From the NCBI GenBank assembly GCA_964551595.1, contig CAZKCU010000001.1, positions 197,321-261,320 on the forward strand: DNA of 64,000 nucleotides, written 5' to 3'. This document shows, piece after piece, positions 8,046-17,363 of the stretch; the stretch's first letter is position 1, and each line of letters begins with the position of its first letter. The stretch is from an uncultured Candidatus Saccharibacteria bacterium. GTDB taxonomy: Bacteria; Patescibacteriota; Minisyncoccia; Minisyncoccales; CAZKCU01. The translations under genes were made by a program, and so were the position numbers. The notes beneath the pieces are model-generated. The model searched no databases. It was not told where the DNA came from and was given only the letters and a program-made list of their open reading frames with translations.

Positions 8046-9191
8046 CTATGTCCCTTTAATTGGCATTGCAACATAGATATAACTTTCATCCCCTACCGGT
8101 TTCAAAACTCCAGGGCCTACCTCGCCGTTTAACTCAAAAATCACCTCTGAACTTTTTATATTCAAGAGCCCGCTATTTAAAAATTTATAATTAAAAGAAA
8201 TTTCTTCCTCTTTCCCTTTTGTTTTCCCTGAGAGTAAAGAATGGTATTCTCCAGTTTCGGGGTTCTGGCTGGAAATCTCCACTATTTCTTTTTTAGGGTC
8301 AATTTTAAATTTGACCTCGTTTATTTTCCCGCTAAAAAGACTAGCTGCTTTAATCTGGTTTAAAAATTCCTGCTTATCTAAAATAACCTGAGTTTCATAT
8401 TTTTTAGGAATAATCTCCTGATAGTTTGGGTATTCTCCTTCGATTAATTTTGAAGTGAGACGAATCTCTGGATGGGGGGTTTCAGACATTGTAGATTCAA
8501 ATAAAATTTGGTTAGGGCTAACCAGGATTTTAAGCTCTCCTTGTTTTTCTCCAAAAATATTAATTATTTCTTTTGCTGTTTTTTGCGGCAGAATCAGGGA
8601 AATTTCCTTTTCAATTGTAAGCGGTTTTTTTAAAAACAGAGTTTTTTCACCTAATCTAAAACTATCAGTAGCTGCCATTTTTATTAAGTCTTTTTGGATA
8701 AAGAAATGGATGCCTGAAATTTCAGGCCTTACCGTAGAGGGAAGGACGATATCTACAATTTGATTTACGGCTTGACAAAAAGAATAACTGTCAAGAGAAA
8801 ATGAGATACCTTCTGATATTTCAGGAATAATCGGAAAATCTTCTGAGCTTTGTCCTTTTATTTTGGTTTTATAACCTTCACATTCAACAGATAGAATTTG
8901 ATTATGGGTTGTTAGTTCGACCGGTTTTTCAGGTAAGAGGCTTACAAAAGTTGATAAAATAGAAGTTGGAACAGTAACCTCACCTTCTTTTTCTATTTTA
9001 GAAAGAACCCACCATTTAATTCCTATTTCTAAATCTGTTGTTACCAATAGTAAAAAGTTTTTTTCAGTTTTAAGAAGAAGGTTTCTAAGAATAGGTAAAT
9101 TAAAAGATTTAGAGGAAACTCTTTCGATGATGTTAAGTCCTTGTTTTAATTTATTTTGTAATATTATTAATTTCATTATAGTTATAGGCAC
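8046..9191 (-). CDS. dnaN: DNA polymerase III beta sliding clamp
   Basis: 381 aa, MKLIILQNKLKQGLNIIERV N-terminus; positioned immediately downstream of dnaA. Confidence 0.85.
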   Translation of the reverse strand: MPITIMKLIILQNKLKQGLNIIERVSSKSFNLPILRNLLLKTEKNFLLLVTTDLEIGIKWWVLSKIEKEGEVTVPTSILSTFVSLLPEKPVELTTHNQILSVECEGYKTKIKGQSSEDFPIIPEISEGISFSLDSYSFCQAVNQIVDIVLPSTVRPEISGIHFFIQKDLIKMAATDSFRLGEKTLFLKKPLTIEKEISLILPQKTAKEIINIFGEKQGELKILVSPNQILFESTMSETPHPEIRLTSKLIEGEYPNYQEIIPKKYETQVILDKQEFLNQIKAASLFSGKINEVKFKIDPKKEIVEISSQNPETGEYHSLLSGKTKGKEEEISFNYKFLNSGLLNIKSSEVIFELNGEVGPGVLKPVGDESYIYVAMPIKGT

Positions 9192-9381
9192 TGGGTAAAA
9201 ATATTTTTTTAAAATAGATTAGCTAAAAGAAAACTAATGGAAAATGAGTAAAGAAGTAGTTAATTAATTAGGGATAACAAAGAGAAGAAAAGAAAAAGAA
9301 CTTTTTAAAGAGATTTTCCACTTCTAATACCATGTCTTTTTCACTAATAAACCAGGGAAGTTTCCAATAAAAAGTAAAAAG

Positions 9382-10842
9382 TCAGATGCTGAAAACAAGC
9401 TGTCTAATTAACTCAATTTCTTCCTTTAAATTTTCGTTTGTTTCAAGTTCTTTGAAAATTTTCTCGTAGGAATGAATAGCCGTGGTGTGGTCTTTTCCTC
9501 CCATTTTCCTTCCTATAAAAGGGTAGGAACTTTTTAAGTCTTCTCTTAATAAATACATCGCAATTTGGCGAGGCCTGACAATCTCTCTTTTACGTGAGGA
9601 ATCTAAAAGGTTATTTTCTTTAAGGTCGTAAAATTTAGCTACAGCCCTGATTATTTTTTTCGGCGTGGCTGTTCTAGTTGAGGAAAAGAGTAATTTTTTA
9701 AGCAAAGATTTAGCTTCTTCGGGCTCTAAGGGGCGGTTATTTAACTTTTGGTGAGCGACTAATCTGTTCAAAGCTCCTTCAAGTTCCCTAATATTTCTTT
9801 GGATGTTTGATGCGATATAGGTAAGGGTTTCTTCGGGAAGGCTAATTTTTTTTTCTTGGGCCTTTGTTTTAAGAATAGCCATTCTTGTTTCGAAATCAGG
9901 ATAACCGATGTCAGCTATCATTCCTCCTTCAAATCTGGACCTTAATCTTTCGGTAAGTGCCGGGATAGCCTTTGGGGGCCGGTCAGAGGAAAGAATTATT
10001 TGTTTATTTCTTTCGTAAAGAGTATTAAAAGTATGGAAAAACTCTTCTTGAGTTTTTTCTTTCCCAGCCAGAAATTGAACATCATCAATAATAAGGACAT
10101 CTATCTGTCGGTATTTCGTTTTAAAATTTTCCATCGTATGATTTTTAATTGCCGTTACTACTCCAGAAGTAAATTTTTCAGAAGGAATATATTTTAATTT
10201 TTTTTCTGGAAAATTTTTAATCACCTCATTACCGACTGCCTGTAATAAATGGGTTTTACCGAGACCTACCCCTCCATAAATAAATAAAGGATTGTAGACA
10301 AGGCCAGGATTTTTTGAGGATGCCCAGGCAGCGGCCTGCGGTAGTTCATTAAAAGGACCAACCACAAAATTTTCAAAAGTATAGCGGGGGTTAAGATTAG
10401 TGTCTTTGTCTATTCTTAATTCTTGGAACTCAAGCTGGTCCGATTCTGGATAAGAGAAAGAGGGTTTTTTCAAAACTTTTAATCCTTGTCGGGCGACAGC
10501 ATATTTAATCTCTTTGATTTCTCCGTCCAAGCTGTGCAAGAGTTTAAAAATAATTTTGTTGTATTTATTTTCAAGCCACTCTTTGGCAAAAGAATTAGGA
10601 ACAGAGACTATAACTTTGCCTTCTTTCTGGGAAAGAATCCCGGTATTCCTAAACCAAGTGCTAAAATTAGCCTGAGAAATATTTAATTGGATTTGGGCCA
10701 AAACTGCCTGCCAGAGTTCTTCCTTAGTCACGATTTTATTTTTTAAATTACTTCTCATATTTATGTAGTTGCAATCAACTTTTTCCTTTTCTGGAATTGC
10801 GACTGCTTTCTCTCGAGTTTTAATTATTATATCACATGTCAA
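9382..10842 (-). CDS. dnaA: chromosomal replication initiator protein DnaA
   Basis: AAA+ Walker A GGVGLGKTHLLQAVGNE, sensor motifs, C-terminal DNA-binding domain; 486 aa. Confidence 0.9.
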   Translation of the reverse strand: MTCDIIIKTREKAVAIPEKEKVDCNYINMRSNLKNKIVTKEELWQAVLAQIQLNISQANFSTWFRNTGILSQKEGKVIVSVPNSFAKEWLENKYNKIIFKLLHSLDGEIKEIKYAVARQGLKVLKKPSFSYPESDQLEFQELRIDKDTNLNPRYTFENFVVGPFNELPQAAAWASSKNPGLVYNPLFIYGGVGLGKTHLLQAVGNEVIKNFPEKKLKYIPSEKFTSGVVTAIKNHTMENFKTKYRQIDVLIIDDVQFLAGKEKTQEEFFHTFNTLYERNKQIILSSDRPPKAIPALTERLRSRFEGGMIADIGYPDFETRMAILKTKAQEKKISLPEETLTYIASNIQRNIRELEGALNRLVAHQKLNNRPLEPEEAKSLLKKLLFSSTRTATPKKIIRAVAKFYDLKENNLLDSSRKREIVRPRQIAMYLLREDLKSSYPFIGRKMGGKDHTTAIHSYEKIFKELETNENLKEEIELIRQLVFSI

Positions 10843-11184
10843 AATAAAAATAAAACAAAGGAAAAACTAATTTCTGTTAATAAACTGGGGAGAACTTGTG
10901 GGTTATTAACAGCTTAATAATTCGCCAATATATTATTAATACCCTCCCTAATTTCAAGAAGAGTTGACAGATATTTTTAAGGAATTAATATATAAAGTGA
11001 GGGGGTGCGAGGGATTCTCCTCTAAGGACACGGTTTTAATAAAGGAGGTTAAAAAGCAATTGCCTGGTTATGTCCGACCCAGCGGCTCCAAATGACTTAA
11101 TTTGTTAAGACCATTCCCCCCTCACTAAAGAAGAGGTACTTTACCTCTTCTTTAGTTTTTAAAAATGTGTTAAACTAAAAAAAG
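10843..11184. promoter_or_regulatory. dnaA upstream region; candidate oriC neighbourhood by synteny only
   Basis: dnaA-dnaN order; AT-rich stretch 10900-10990; no canonical TTATCCACA DnaA boxes found by eye. Confidence 0.25.
10964..11160 (+). ncRNA. candidate small RNA transcription unit (promoter, ~160-nt structured body, intrinsic terminator)
   Basis: TTGACA at 10964 with -10-like tatata about 19 nt downstream; 5' gugaggggg pairs with 3' ccccccucac (10997/11115); hairpin aaagaagaggta-ctt-tacctcttcttt plus T run at 11127-11160; no ORF. Confidence 0.35.
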
Positions 11185-11224
11185 GAACCGTTCGCTTCGC
11201 TCACTGTAATTTGCTTCGCAAATT
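11185..11224 (+). repeat. copy B of ~40-bp intergenic repeat family
   Basis: ggaaccgttcgcttcgctcactgtaatttgcttcgcaaatt, ends 4 nt before the ATG of the next gene. Confidence 0.8.
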
Positions 11225-11228
11225 AAAT

Positions 11229-11801
11229 ATGAAATACAAAATTGCTGTTTCTGGGGCAGCCCGGGTTGGCCATTGTTGTAAGGGGATTAAGGAGCTATCT
11301 AAAGAAATTGGGCGAGAAATTTTTCGCCAAAATTCTGTTCTTGTTACTGGAGCTACAACAGGTGTTCCTTATTTTGCTGCTTTAGGATGTAAGGAGGTAG
11401 GGGGATTCAGTGTTGGTTTTTCACCGGCGCCTTCTGAAGCCGCCCACTTAAAAAGATATAAACTTCCAGTGGATGCTTTTGACGTAATGGTCTATACCGG
11501 CGCTGATTATGTGGGAAGAAACGTAATCATGACAAAGGCAGCAGATGGTGTGATTATTATTTGCGGAAGAATGGGGACCTTGCATGAATTCGCCACTGCT
11601 TTTGAAATTCAAAAACCGATTGCGGTTTTAGAAGAAACAGGGGGAACGGCTGATAAAATTAAAAAGATTGCTACCGGTCCTTATCGAGGGGCTAAAAAAA
11701 TTATTTATGAAAAAAAACCTAAAGAATTAGTAAAAAAATTAATTGAATTAATTAAAAAAGAGAAAAAAGAAAACTCTGGACTAAAAGGTCGACTCAAATA
11801 G
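11229..11801 (+). CDS. LOG/TIGR00725-like Rossmann-fold nucleotide-binding protein
   Basis: IAVSGAARVG...VLVTGATTGVPYFAALGC...GADYVGRNVIMTKAADGVIIICGRMGTLHEF pattern typical of LOG/DprA-like SLOG fold; start moved to ATG 11229 because the repeat overlaps the longer ORF. Confidence 0.5.
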   Translation: MKYKIAVSGAARVGHCCKGIKELSKEIGREIFRQNSVLVTGATTGVPYFAALGCKEVGGFSVGFSPAPSEAAHLKRYKLPVDAFDVMVYTGADYVGRNVIMTKAADGVIIICGRMGTLHEFATAFEIQKPIAVLEETGGTADKIKKIATGPYRGAKKIIYEKKPKELVKKLIELIKKEKKENSGLKGRLK

Positions 11802-11821
11802 AAAATAAGTTTTTAAAAATT

Positions 11822-12097
11822 ATGCCAAATGAAGAACCTCAAGTTCCCGAGGAAGGAAAATTAGTGGGGGGAATTACTCACTATTTCGGGAATATAGGGG
11901 TAGCAGTTATTAAGCTTTCTGATGCCTTAAAAGCAGGAGATAATATTAGAATTGTTGGAGGGGACACTGATTTTACTCAGGCTGTAGAGTCTATGGAAAT
12001 CGAGCACAAAAAAATTGAAACAGCTAAAGCTGGAGATTCTGCTGGTTTAAAAGTTGAGCAAAAAGTAAGAGAGGGATATAAGGTATACAAACTGTAA
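11822..12097 (+). CDS. small beta-barrel protein resembling EF-Tu domain 2 (hypothetical)
   Basis: 91 aa; GxxKxGDxIRIVGGD pattern reminiscent of translation-factor domain II barrels. Confidence 0.3.
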   Translation: MPNEEPQVPEEGKLVGGITHYFGNIGVAVIKLSDALKAGDNIRIVGGDTDFTQAVESMEIEHKKIETAKAGDSAGLKVEQKVREGYKVYKL

Positions 12098-12120
12098 AGG
12101 CAGTACCAAGATACTAATAA

Positions 12121-12585
12121 GTGCAGCATCTTATGGAGTTTTTAGTTAACTCTCAAATTAGAATTATTTTACAATTATTACTGGCTGCTTTTTTGGGCGG
12201 GCTAATTGGTCTAGAAAGAGAATATAAGAGGAAAGAAGCCGGACTTCAAACCTATAGTTTGGTAGCTTTGGGGACTTGTCTTTTTACTGTGATTACTTTT
12301 GAATTATTTAATTTTTTTATTAACAAAGAAGGTATTAGTTTTGACCCTTCCAGAATAATTCAGGCTATAGCTATTGGAATTGGTTTTATTGGAGCCGGGG
12401 TGATTTTCCGCCAGCCATCAGGGGTTGTAGGTTTAACTACTGCTGCCGGTTTATGGACGACTGCGGCTATTGGAATTACCATAGGAGTTAACCTTTATTT
12501 TTTAGCTATTTTTGCTACTTTTTTAGCTCTTCTGGTGTTGGCCGGCTTTGGTTTATTAGAAGAGAAAATTTTTGGGAAAGATTGA
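12121..12585 (+). CDS. mgtC: MgtC/SapB family membrane protein
   Basis: LLAAFLGGLIGLEREYKRKEAGLQTY signature of MgtC family; multiple TM helices. Confidence 0.65.
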   Translation: MQHLMEFLVNSQIRIILQLLLAAFLGGLIGLEREYKRKEAGLQTYSLVALGTCLFTVITFELFNFFINKEGISFDPSRIIQAIAIGIGFIGAGVIFRQPSGVVGLTTAAGLWTTAAIGITIGVNLYFLAIFATFLALLVLAGFGLLEEKIFGKD

Positions 12586-12621
12586 CCGTTAAAGGTAAGA
12601 TGATAAAAGAACTAAAGAAAG

Positions 12622-12686
12622 GAACCGTTCGCTTCTCTCACCGTAATACAAACCAGTCGCTTCGCTCCTTGTAATTGCTTCGCAAT
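12622..12686 (+). repeat. copy C (extended/duplicated variant) of the ~40-bp repeat family
   Basis: gaaccgttcgcttctctcaccgtaata...cgcttcgctccttgtaattgcttcgcaattaat, upstream of ORF 12706. Confidence 0.7.
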
Positions 12687-12705
12687 TAATAATTCGTAAA
12701 TTAAA

Positions 12706-13044
12706 ATGAAACCTCAAAAAATTATCGGCTGGTTCTTGTTATTCGCCGGCCTAATAATAATATTTTACAGTATTTTTACTTCTTATAATATTTTTACCGG
12801 AAAAGCTCTGGAGCCAACAGTTTTTAAAACGCCAGAAAAAGAAGTAGTTTTGCCTCAGAAAGGTAAAGTTCAGACCCAAGAGGCTCAGATGCAAGAAATG
12901 CTTGGGGGACAATTGAAGGAAATGTTGCCTGTTGATTTTATACCAAAAGTTTTAAATCTGCTTGCCTGGTCAATAATGGCGGGAATTATGATTTTCGCTG
13001 GTACCCAAATATCAAGCCTGGGCATTAAATTAATAAAAAGATAA
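12706..13044 (+). CDS. small membrane protein, two predicted TM helices (hypothetical)
   Basis: 112 aa; hydrophobic N- and C-terminal segments. Confidence 0.35.
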   Translation: MKPQKIIGWFLLFAGLIIIFYSIFTSYNIFTGKALEPTVFKTPEKEVVLPQKGKVQTQEAQMQEMLGGQLKEMLPVDFIPKVLNLLAWSIMAGIMIFAGTQISSLGIKLIKR

Positions 13045-13123
13045 TTATTCTTTCAATTTTTTCCGGTGCAGTTTTTAGCTGCGCTTTTTTGGTTTTCAAA
13101 ATAAATGTGATATAAAAAAGAGT

Positions 13124-14371
13124 ATGCAATTCTTCGCTGATTTTCATCTACATTCAAAATATTCAAGAGCAACTTCTCCTCAGATGGATTTGGAAAATCT
13201 TGATAAGTGGGCAAAAATTAAAGGAATAAAAGTTGTTGGGAGTGGAGATTTCACTCACCCAGAGTGGTTTAATAACCTGAAAGAAAAACTTGAGCCCGCA
13301 GAACAGGAACTTTTTAAATTGAAAAATAATGATTCTGAGACCCGTTTCATTTTGACTTCGGAGATTAGTTGTATTTATTCAAAAGGAGGAAGGGTGAGAA
13401 AAATCCATATTTTAATCTTTGCTCCTGATTTCCAAACAGTTGAGAAAATTAATACCCAGCTTGGCTGGATTGGAAATTTAAAATCCGACGGTCGCCCCAT
13501 TTTAGGCCTGGATGCCAAAGAATTAGTAAAAATTGTTTTAAATATTAATTCTAAATGCTTGATTGTCGGCGCTCATTTAATGACCCCATGGTTTTCTTTA
13601 TTTGGTTCAAAATCTGGATTTGATTCAGTTGAAGAATGTTTTGAAGAATATTCAAAATATATCTATGCGGGGGAAACTGGGCTTTCAGCTTCTCCAGAAA
13701 TGCTTTGGCGAATGCCTGATGGCCAAAAGCTTAGTTTAATCTCAAACAGTGATTCACACAGTCCGGCCAAACTGGGCAGAGAGGCAAATGTTTTTGACAC
13801 GGAATTGAGTTATCCGGCAATTGTTGCGGCAATAAAAAGCAAAGACCCTCAAAAATTTTTATACACCATTGAATTTTTTCCCGAAGAGGGCAAATATCAT
13901 TTTGACGGCCACAGGAATTGCAATATAAGTTTAAGTCCGGCTGAAACCAAAAAATACAACGGAATTTGTCCCCGCTGCGGCCGGCCCTTGACCGTTGGAG
14001 TTCTAAACCGAGTTGAACAATTAGCCGACCGGCCCGAGGGATTTAAGCCTCAAGGTGCCATTCCCTACAAAAGTTTGATTCCTTTGGCAGAAATAATTGC
14101 TGAAGTTTTAGGTGTTGGGGTTGGAACAAAAGAAGTAGAAAAACAATACAGGGACCTGATTGAAAAATTCGGTTCAGAATTTAATGTTTTGCTTAACGTT
14201 TCTGTTTCTGATTTGAGGGCAGCAACTTTACCCGAAATTGCAGAAGCCATTTCAAGAGTCCGCGAGGGAAAAGTTAGTGTTGAGCCAGGCTACGATGGAG
14301 TTTATGGGAAAATCAGGATTTTTTCGAAAGGTGAGAAAAAAGACTTATCTCGCCAAGGAACCTTGTTTTAA
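13124..14371 (+). CDS. PHP-domain metallophosphoesterase with C-terminal zinc finger, endonuclease Q-like (TIGR00375-type)
   Basis: FADFHLHSKYSRA PHP motif at N-terminus, GSGDFTHPEW, CPRCGRP zinc-ribbon; 415 aa. Confidence 0.45.
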   Translation: MQFFADFHLHSKYSRATSPQMDLENLDKWAKIKGIKVVGSGDFTHPEWFNNLKEKLEPAEQELFKLKNNDSETRFILTSEISCIYSKGGRVRKIHILIFAPDFQTVEKINTQLGWIGNLKSDGRPILGLDAKELVKIVLNINSKCLIVGAHLMTPWFSLFGSKSGFDSVEECFEEYSKYIYAGETGLSASPEMLWRMPDGQKLSLISNSDSHSPAKLGREANVFDTELSYPAIVAAIKSKDPQKFLYTIEFFPEEGKYHFDGHRNCNISLSPAETKKYNGICPRCGRPLTVGVLNRVEQLADRPEGFKPQGAIPYKSLIPLAEIIAEVLGVGVGTKEVEKQYRDLIEKFGSEFNVLLNVSVSDLRAATLPEIAEAISRVREGKVSVEPGYDGVYGKIRIFSKGEKKDLSRQGTLF

Positions 14372-14374
14372 AAT

Positions 14375-14737
14375 ATGATCGAAAATTATAATTTCGGCTC
14401 AATTACCATTAATGGTGAAAATTATACTTATGATGTTGAAGTTCGTTGGACAGATGAAGTTTTAAAATGGTGGAGAAAAGAATCCCATGGGATTGACGTT
14501 AAAGATGTAAAAAGAGCAGTTGAACAAAACCCTGATACAATTATTATAGGAACCGGAGAATCGGGGTTAGCCAGAGTCACCGAAGATACCCAGAGGTTTA
14601 TTACCAAGGAAAATATCAAACTGATTATTGACAAAACCGGAGAGGCAGTAAAAACTTTCAACATAATCAAAAGAGAATCGGAGAGAGAGAAAGGGAGACA
14701 AAGAAAGGTGATAGGTTTGTTTCACTTGACTTGTTAA
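14375..14737 (+). CDS. Mth938-like domain protein (hypothetical)
   Basis: 120 aa, TIIIGTGESG motif resembling Mth938/DUF498 family. Confidence 0.35.
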   Translation: MIENYNFGSITINGENYTYDVEVRWTDEVLKWWRKESHGIDVKDVKRAVEQNPDTIIIGTGESGLARVTEDTQRFITKENIKLIIDKTGEAVKTFNIIKRESEREKGRQRKVIGLFHLTC

Positions 14738-14918
14738 TTGAATCGTGTATGATAGGCTTAGACCGATAAGTCGAGTATCTTAAGTTAAGTCTTGTTAATA
14801 CTCCAAAATTGGTTTCCAATTTTGGAGGCCACAATTAGCGAAGGCCAAAAATTAAGCATAGCGACCGAGGGTCTAAAAGGTCGTTTTTTATTAATCTAAA
14901 TTTAATCTATTAGAATTT

Positions 14919-15125
14919 ATGGCCTTCAAAAAATTCGATGAAAAACCTTCTGAAGGAGGTTTCCAGCGTCAGATGTTCGATGTTTCCAAAATGAATATTA
15001 AATGCCGTGATTGTGGAACACCAATAACTCAGCTACCCTTTAACCCAGACCCTGCAAGATTAGATTCTATTCGTTGCCAAGATTGTATGCGTAAATTTCG
15101 AGAGCAGAGACCAAGGAGATTTTAG
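14919..15125 (+). CDS. small zinc-ribbon protein (hypothetical)
   Basis: 68 aa; CRDCG...CQDC two CxxC pairs. Confidence 0.4.
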   Translation: MAFKKFDEKPSEGGFQRQMFDVSKMNIKCRDCGTPITQLPFNPDPARLDSIRCQDCMRKFREQRPRRF

Positions 15126-15144
15126 TTTTCATTCTTCAGATAAC

Positions 15145-15172
15145 AAAAAACCCGCCTTGGGCGGGTTTTTTG
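15145..15172. terminator. bidirectional rho-independent terminator (aaaaaacccgcc-ttgg-gcgggtttttt)
   Basis: GC stem flanked by A6 and T6 between convergent genes. Confidence 0.75.
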
Positions 15173-15208
15173 TTAGAAGTAATTTATTTTTCAGTTGTCT
15201 CTCTATTG

Positions 15209-16309
15209 TTAAAAATTTTTGCCTAAAAAGGAAATTGAACTTCCTTTAATTTCAAATTTTCCTTCAATGAATTTTTCAATTACCCAGATGTTAGTTTTAC
15301 AATGGTTGGTAATTTCGGAAACTGTTACTCGGGATTTACCTTGGGCTAAGGCCAAATAAGGAAGAACTTGGTCAGCTAAATGTTTATCTAAACAAGCCTG
15401 GGATTTTTGTTCTTTTAATAATTCCAAAGCTGCTTCTTTGCCTACATCTTCTGCCCTTTTTGATAATTTCCCCAAATTATCAGTTCCAATTATTGTATTT
15501 TCAAATAAGGCTGCTAAGCAAATTTGACTGCCCGGGCATTGAGTATCGTAATATTCAATTTTTTCTTCAGTTGGTAATTTCAATTTTCCTAAAACTTCTC
15601 TTACCCCGGCAACTTGACGTTCCGCCACTTTTTTATTTTTTAAAGCATTTGAAGCTCCAGAAATTACTAAAATCTTTTTTAATTCTCCTCTTTCAGTTAA
15701 ATTAATTGGTTTCAATTTTGATGGGAAAACTTTTACCTCCACTCTTGCTCCACCTTCCGGATAATAACCTCGTTTTAAAACACTGATTTCGACTAACAGA
15801 GAACGGTTCTCTGTTAAATTCATTTTTTCTAAGGTTGGTAAAAAGACATAATGAAAATAATCAATAGTAGGCGAGAAAAAAGTATCAGTTGCTCCGCCAG
15901 TAAAAATAATTTTTATAGGTTGGGAAGCAAATAAAGCAGGCAGAATCAAAGTTTGTAAAACTAAGGTTATGCTTCCAGCAGTAGGAATATTTACAGAAAC
16001 CCGGTCGAGGTTCCTTCTAGGAGGGTGGAGGGGGGGTTGTAGTCTGTAAATTTGGCCTGGATAAAATTTAATTTCTTCACTTCCTAACCTATCACCTTCT
16101 AACCGTCCATTGCAGAGTTGTGCCAAAGCTTGAATGCCTAAAAGATGTTGAATGGACAGGCCTGGTTTCGGCCTCGACTTGCGAATATTAAAAATTCGGC
16201 AGGGTTTTTGAGTTACTGCCGAAAGAGCACCGGCAACTCTAAGTATAGCCCCTGCCCCAGAGCCGTAGGAACCGTCAATTTCAATAAAATTTTGATTTAG
16301 CATAATCAA
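15209..16309 (-). CDS. rtcA: RNA 3'-terminal phosphate cyclase
   Basis: 366 aa; IDGSYGSGAGAILRVAGALS N-terminal motif of RtcA. Confidence 0.8.
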   Translation of the reverse strand: MIMLNQNFIEIDGSYGSGAGAILRVAGALSAVTQKPCRIFNIRKSRPKPGLSIQHLLGIQALAQLCNGRLEGDRLGSEEIKFYPGQIYRLQPPLHPPRRNLDRVSVNIPTAGSITLVLQTLILPALFASQPIKIIFTGGATDTFFSPTIDYFHYVFLPTLEKMNLTENRSLLVEISVLKRGYYPEGGARVEVKVFPSKLKPINLTERGELKKILVISGASNALKNKKVAERQVAGVREVLGKLKLPTEEKIEYYDTQCPGSQICLAALFENTIIGTDNLGKLSKRAEDVGKEAALELLKEQKSQACLDKHLADQVLPYLALAQGKSRVTVSEITNHCKTNIWVIEKFIEGKFEIKGSSISFLGKNF

Positions 16310-16505
16310 ATAAAATTTTCTTCTACAATTAATTTTAGCACGATATTTAGATTTTTTAATCTTTGATAGGGAACTTGACAGAGTTTCTTGGTATAATAGA
16401 ATAAATCGTTGGAGAGAAACTTAAGAAACTGAATTGAAAAGGCAATTTTAATTAATTTTCTAACCAAGAATTAGCTCCTAAAGTTTGAAAACAAACTTAG
16501 GGGGC

Positions 16506-16533
16506 TTGACAAGAGTCCTCCAGTAGCTAAAAT
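16506..16533 (+). promoter_or_regulatory. sigma70-like promoter (TTGACA-16 nt-TAAAAT) far upstream of greA
   Basis: ttgaca 16506-16511, taaaat 16528-16533; would give a ~220-nt leader ending in a C6/G5 hairpin that includes the only SD-like GGGGG before greA. Confidence 0.35.
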
Positions 16534-16755
16534 AGAAGCGAGAGGAGTTTTAAAAAAAATTATGTCGAGAAAGCAAAAAAATTTACAGATGAGAAAAACC
16601 TGTTTTTCAACTGGCATTGTTTGGGTTAGGGTGTATTTTACCCCACTTGCCAAAGAAATTTTTCGGGAGGATTCGGAAATTAGATTAATTAGATAAATAA
16701 ATCTCGACAATAAAAAAATTTTCGAACCCCCCCCGAAAAGGGGGTTTGTCCTTAT

Positions 16756-17232
16756 ATGACGAAAGAAAAAAAGTTTTATTTAACTAAAGAAGGATTAGAG
16801 AAAATAAAGAAAGAATACAAAGACCTCAAGGCTCTCAAATTTTTGAAAACCAGAGGAGAGATGCCCAAAATTTGGCATTCTGAGGATTTAAATCCTGAAT
16901 ACCTCTCTTTTCAGGAAGATTTAAGTTTTCTAGAAACAAGAATAGCGGAGCTTGAATACATTTTAAAAAATGCGGAATTGATTAAAGCTCCCAAAAAAGA
17001 AAAACAAAATATCATTAATTTAGGGGCTCAGGTAATAGTTGGGGTCGATGATCAAAACGATGAATTTGAAATCGTTGGAACATTAGAGGCCAATCCTGCT
17101 ATTGGTAAAATTTCTAATGAATCGCCAGTTGGGAAAATTCTTTTGGGTCATAAAGTTGGCGATGAGGTTGTTGTATCTTCTCCAATTATGACAACTTATA
17201 AAATAAAGAAAATAAAATATAATATTTCTTAG
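16756..17232 (+). CDS. greA: transcription elongation factor GreA
   Basis: 158 aa; coiled-coil N-terminal domain and FKBP-like C-terminal domain pattern. Confidence 0.8.
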   Translation: MTKEKKFYLTKEGLEKIKKEYKDLKALKFLKTRGEMPKIWHSEDLNPEYLSFQEDLSFLETRIAELEYILKNAELIKAPKKEKQNIINLGAQVIVGVDDQNDEFEIVGTLEANPAIGKISNESPVGKILLGHKVGDEVVVSSPIMTTYKIKKIKYNIS

Positions 17233-17258
17233 AATAATTTTAATTATCTCACATTTTT

Positions 17259-17299
17259 AATTTGCGGAACAAATTGCAGTAAGCGAAGTGAGCGGTTTC
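17259..17299 (-). repeat. copy E (reverse orientation, diverged) of the ~40-bp repeat family
   Basis: reverse complement gaaaccgctcacttcgcttactgcaatttgttccgcaaatt, ~80% identical to canonical unit. Confidence 0.6.
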
Positions 17300-17363
17300 T
17301 TATCTAGAGAGGATTTTTCCTCTCTTTTTAATTCATTGAGTCTATGGTAAAATTAAATGAAGT

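Noticed and set aside
10843-11184. Calling a definite oriC with DnaA boxes upstream of dnaA
   Set aside because: No matches to TTATCCACA/TGTGGATAA within 1 mismatch were found by eye. The nearest match, tgtgggtta, has two mismatches. Origin placement rests on dnaA-dnaN synteny only and needs skew/box analysis.
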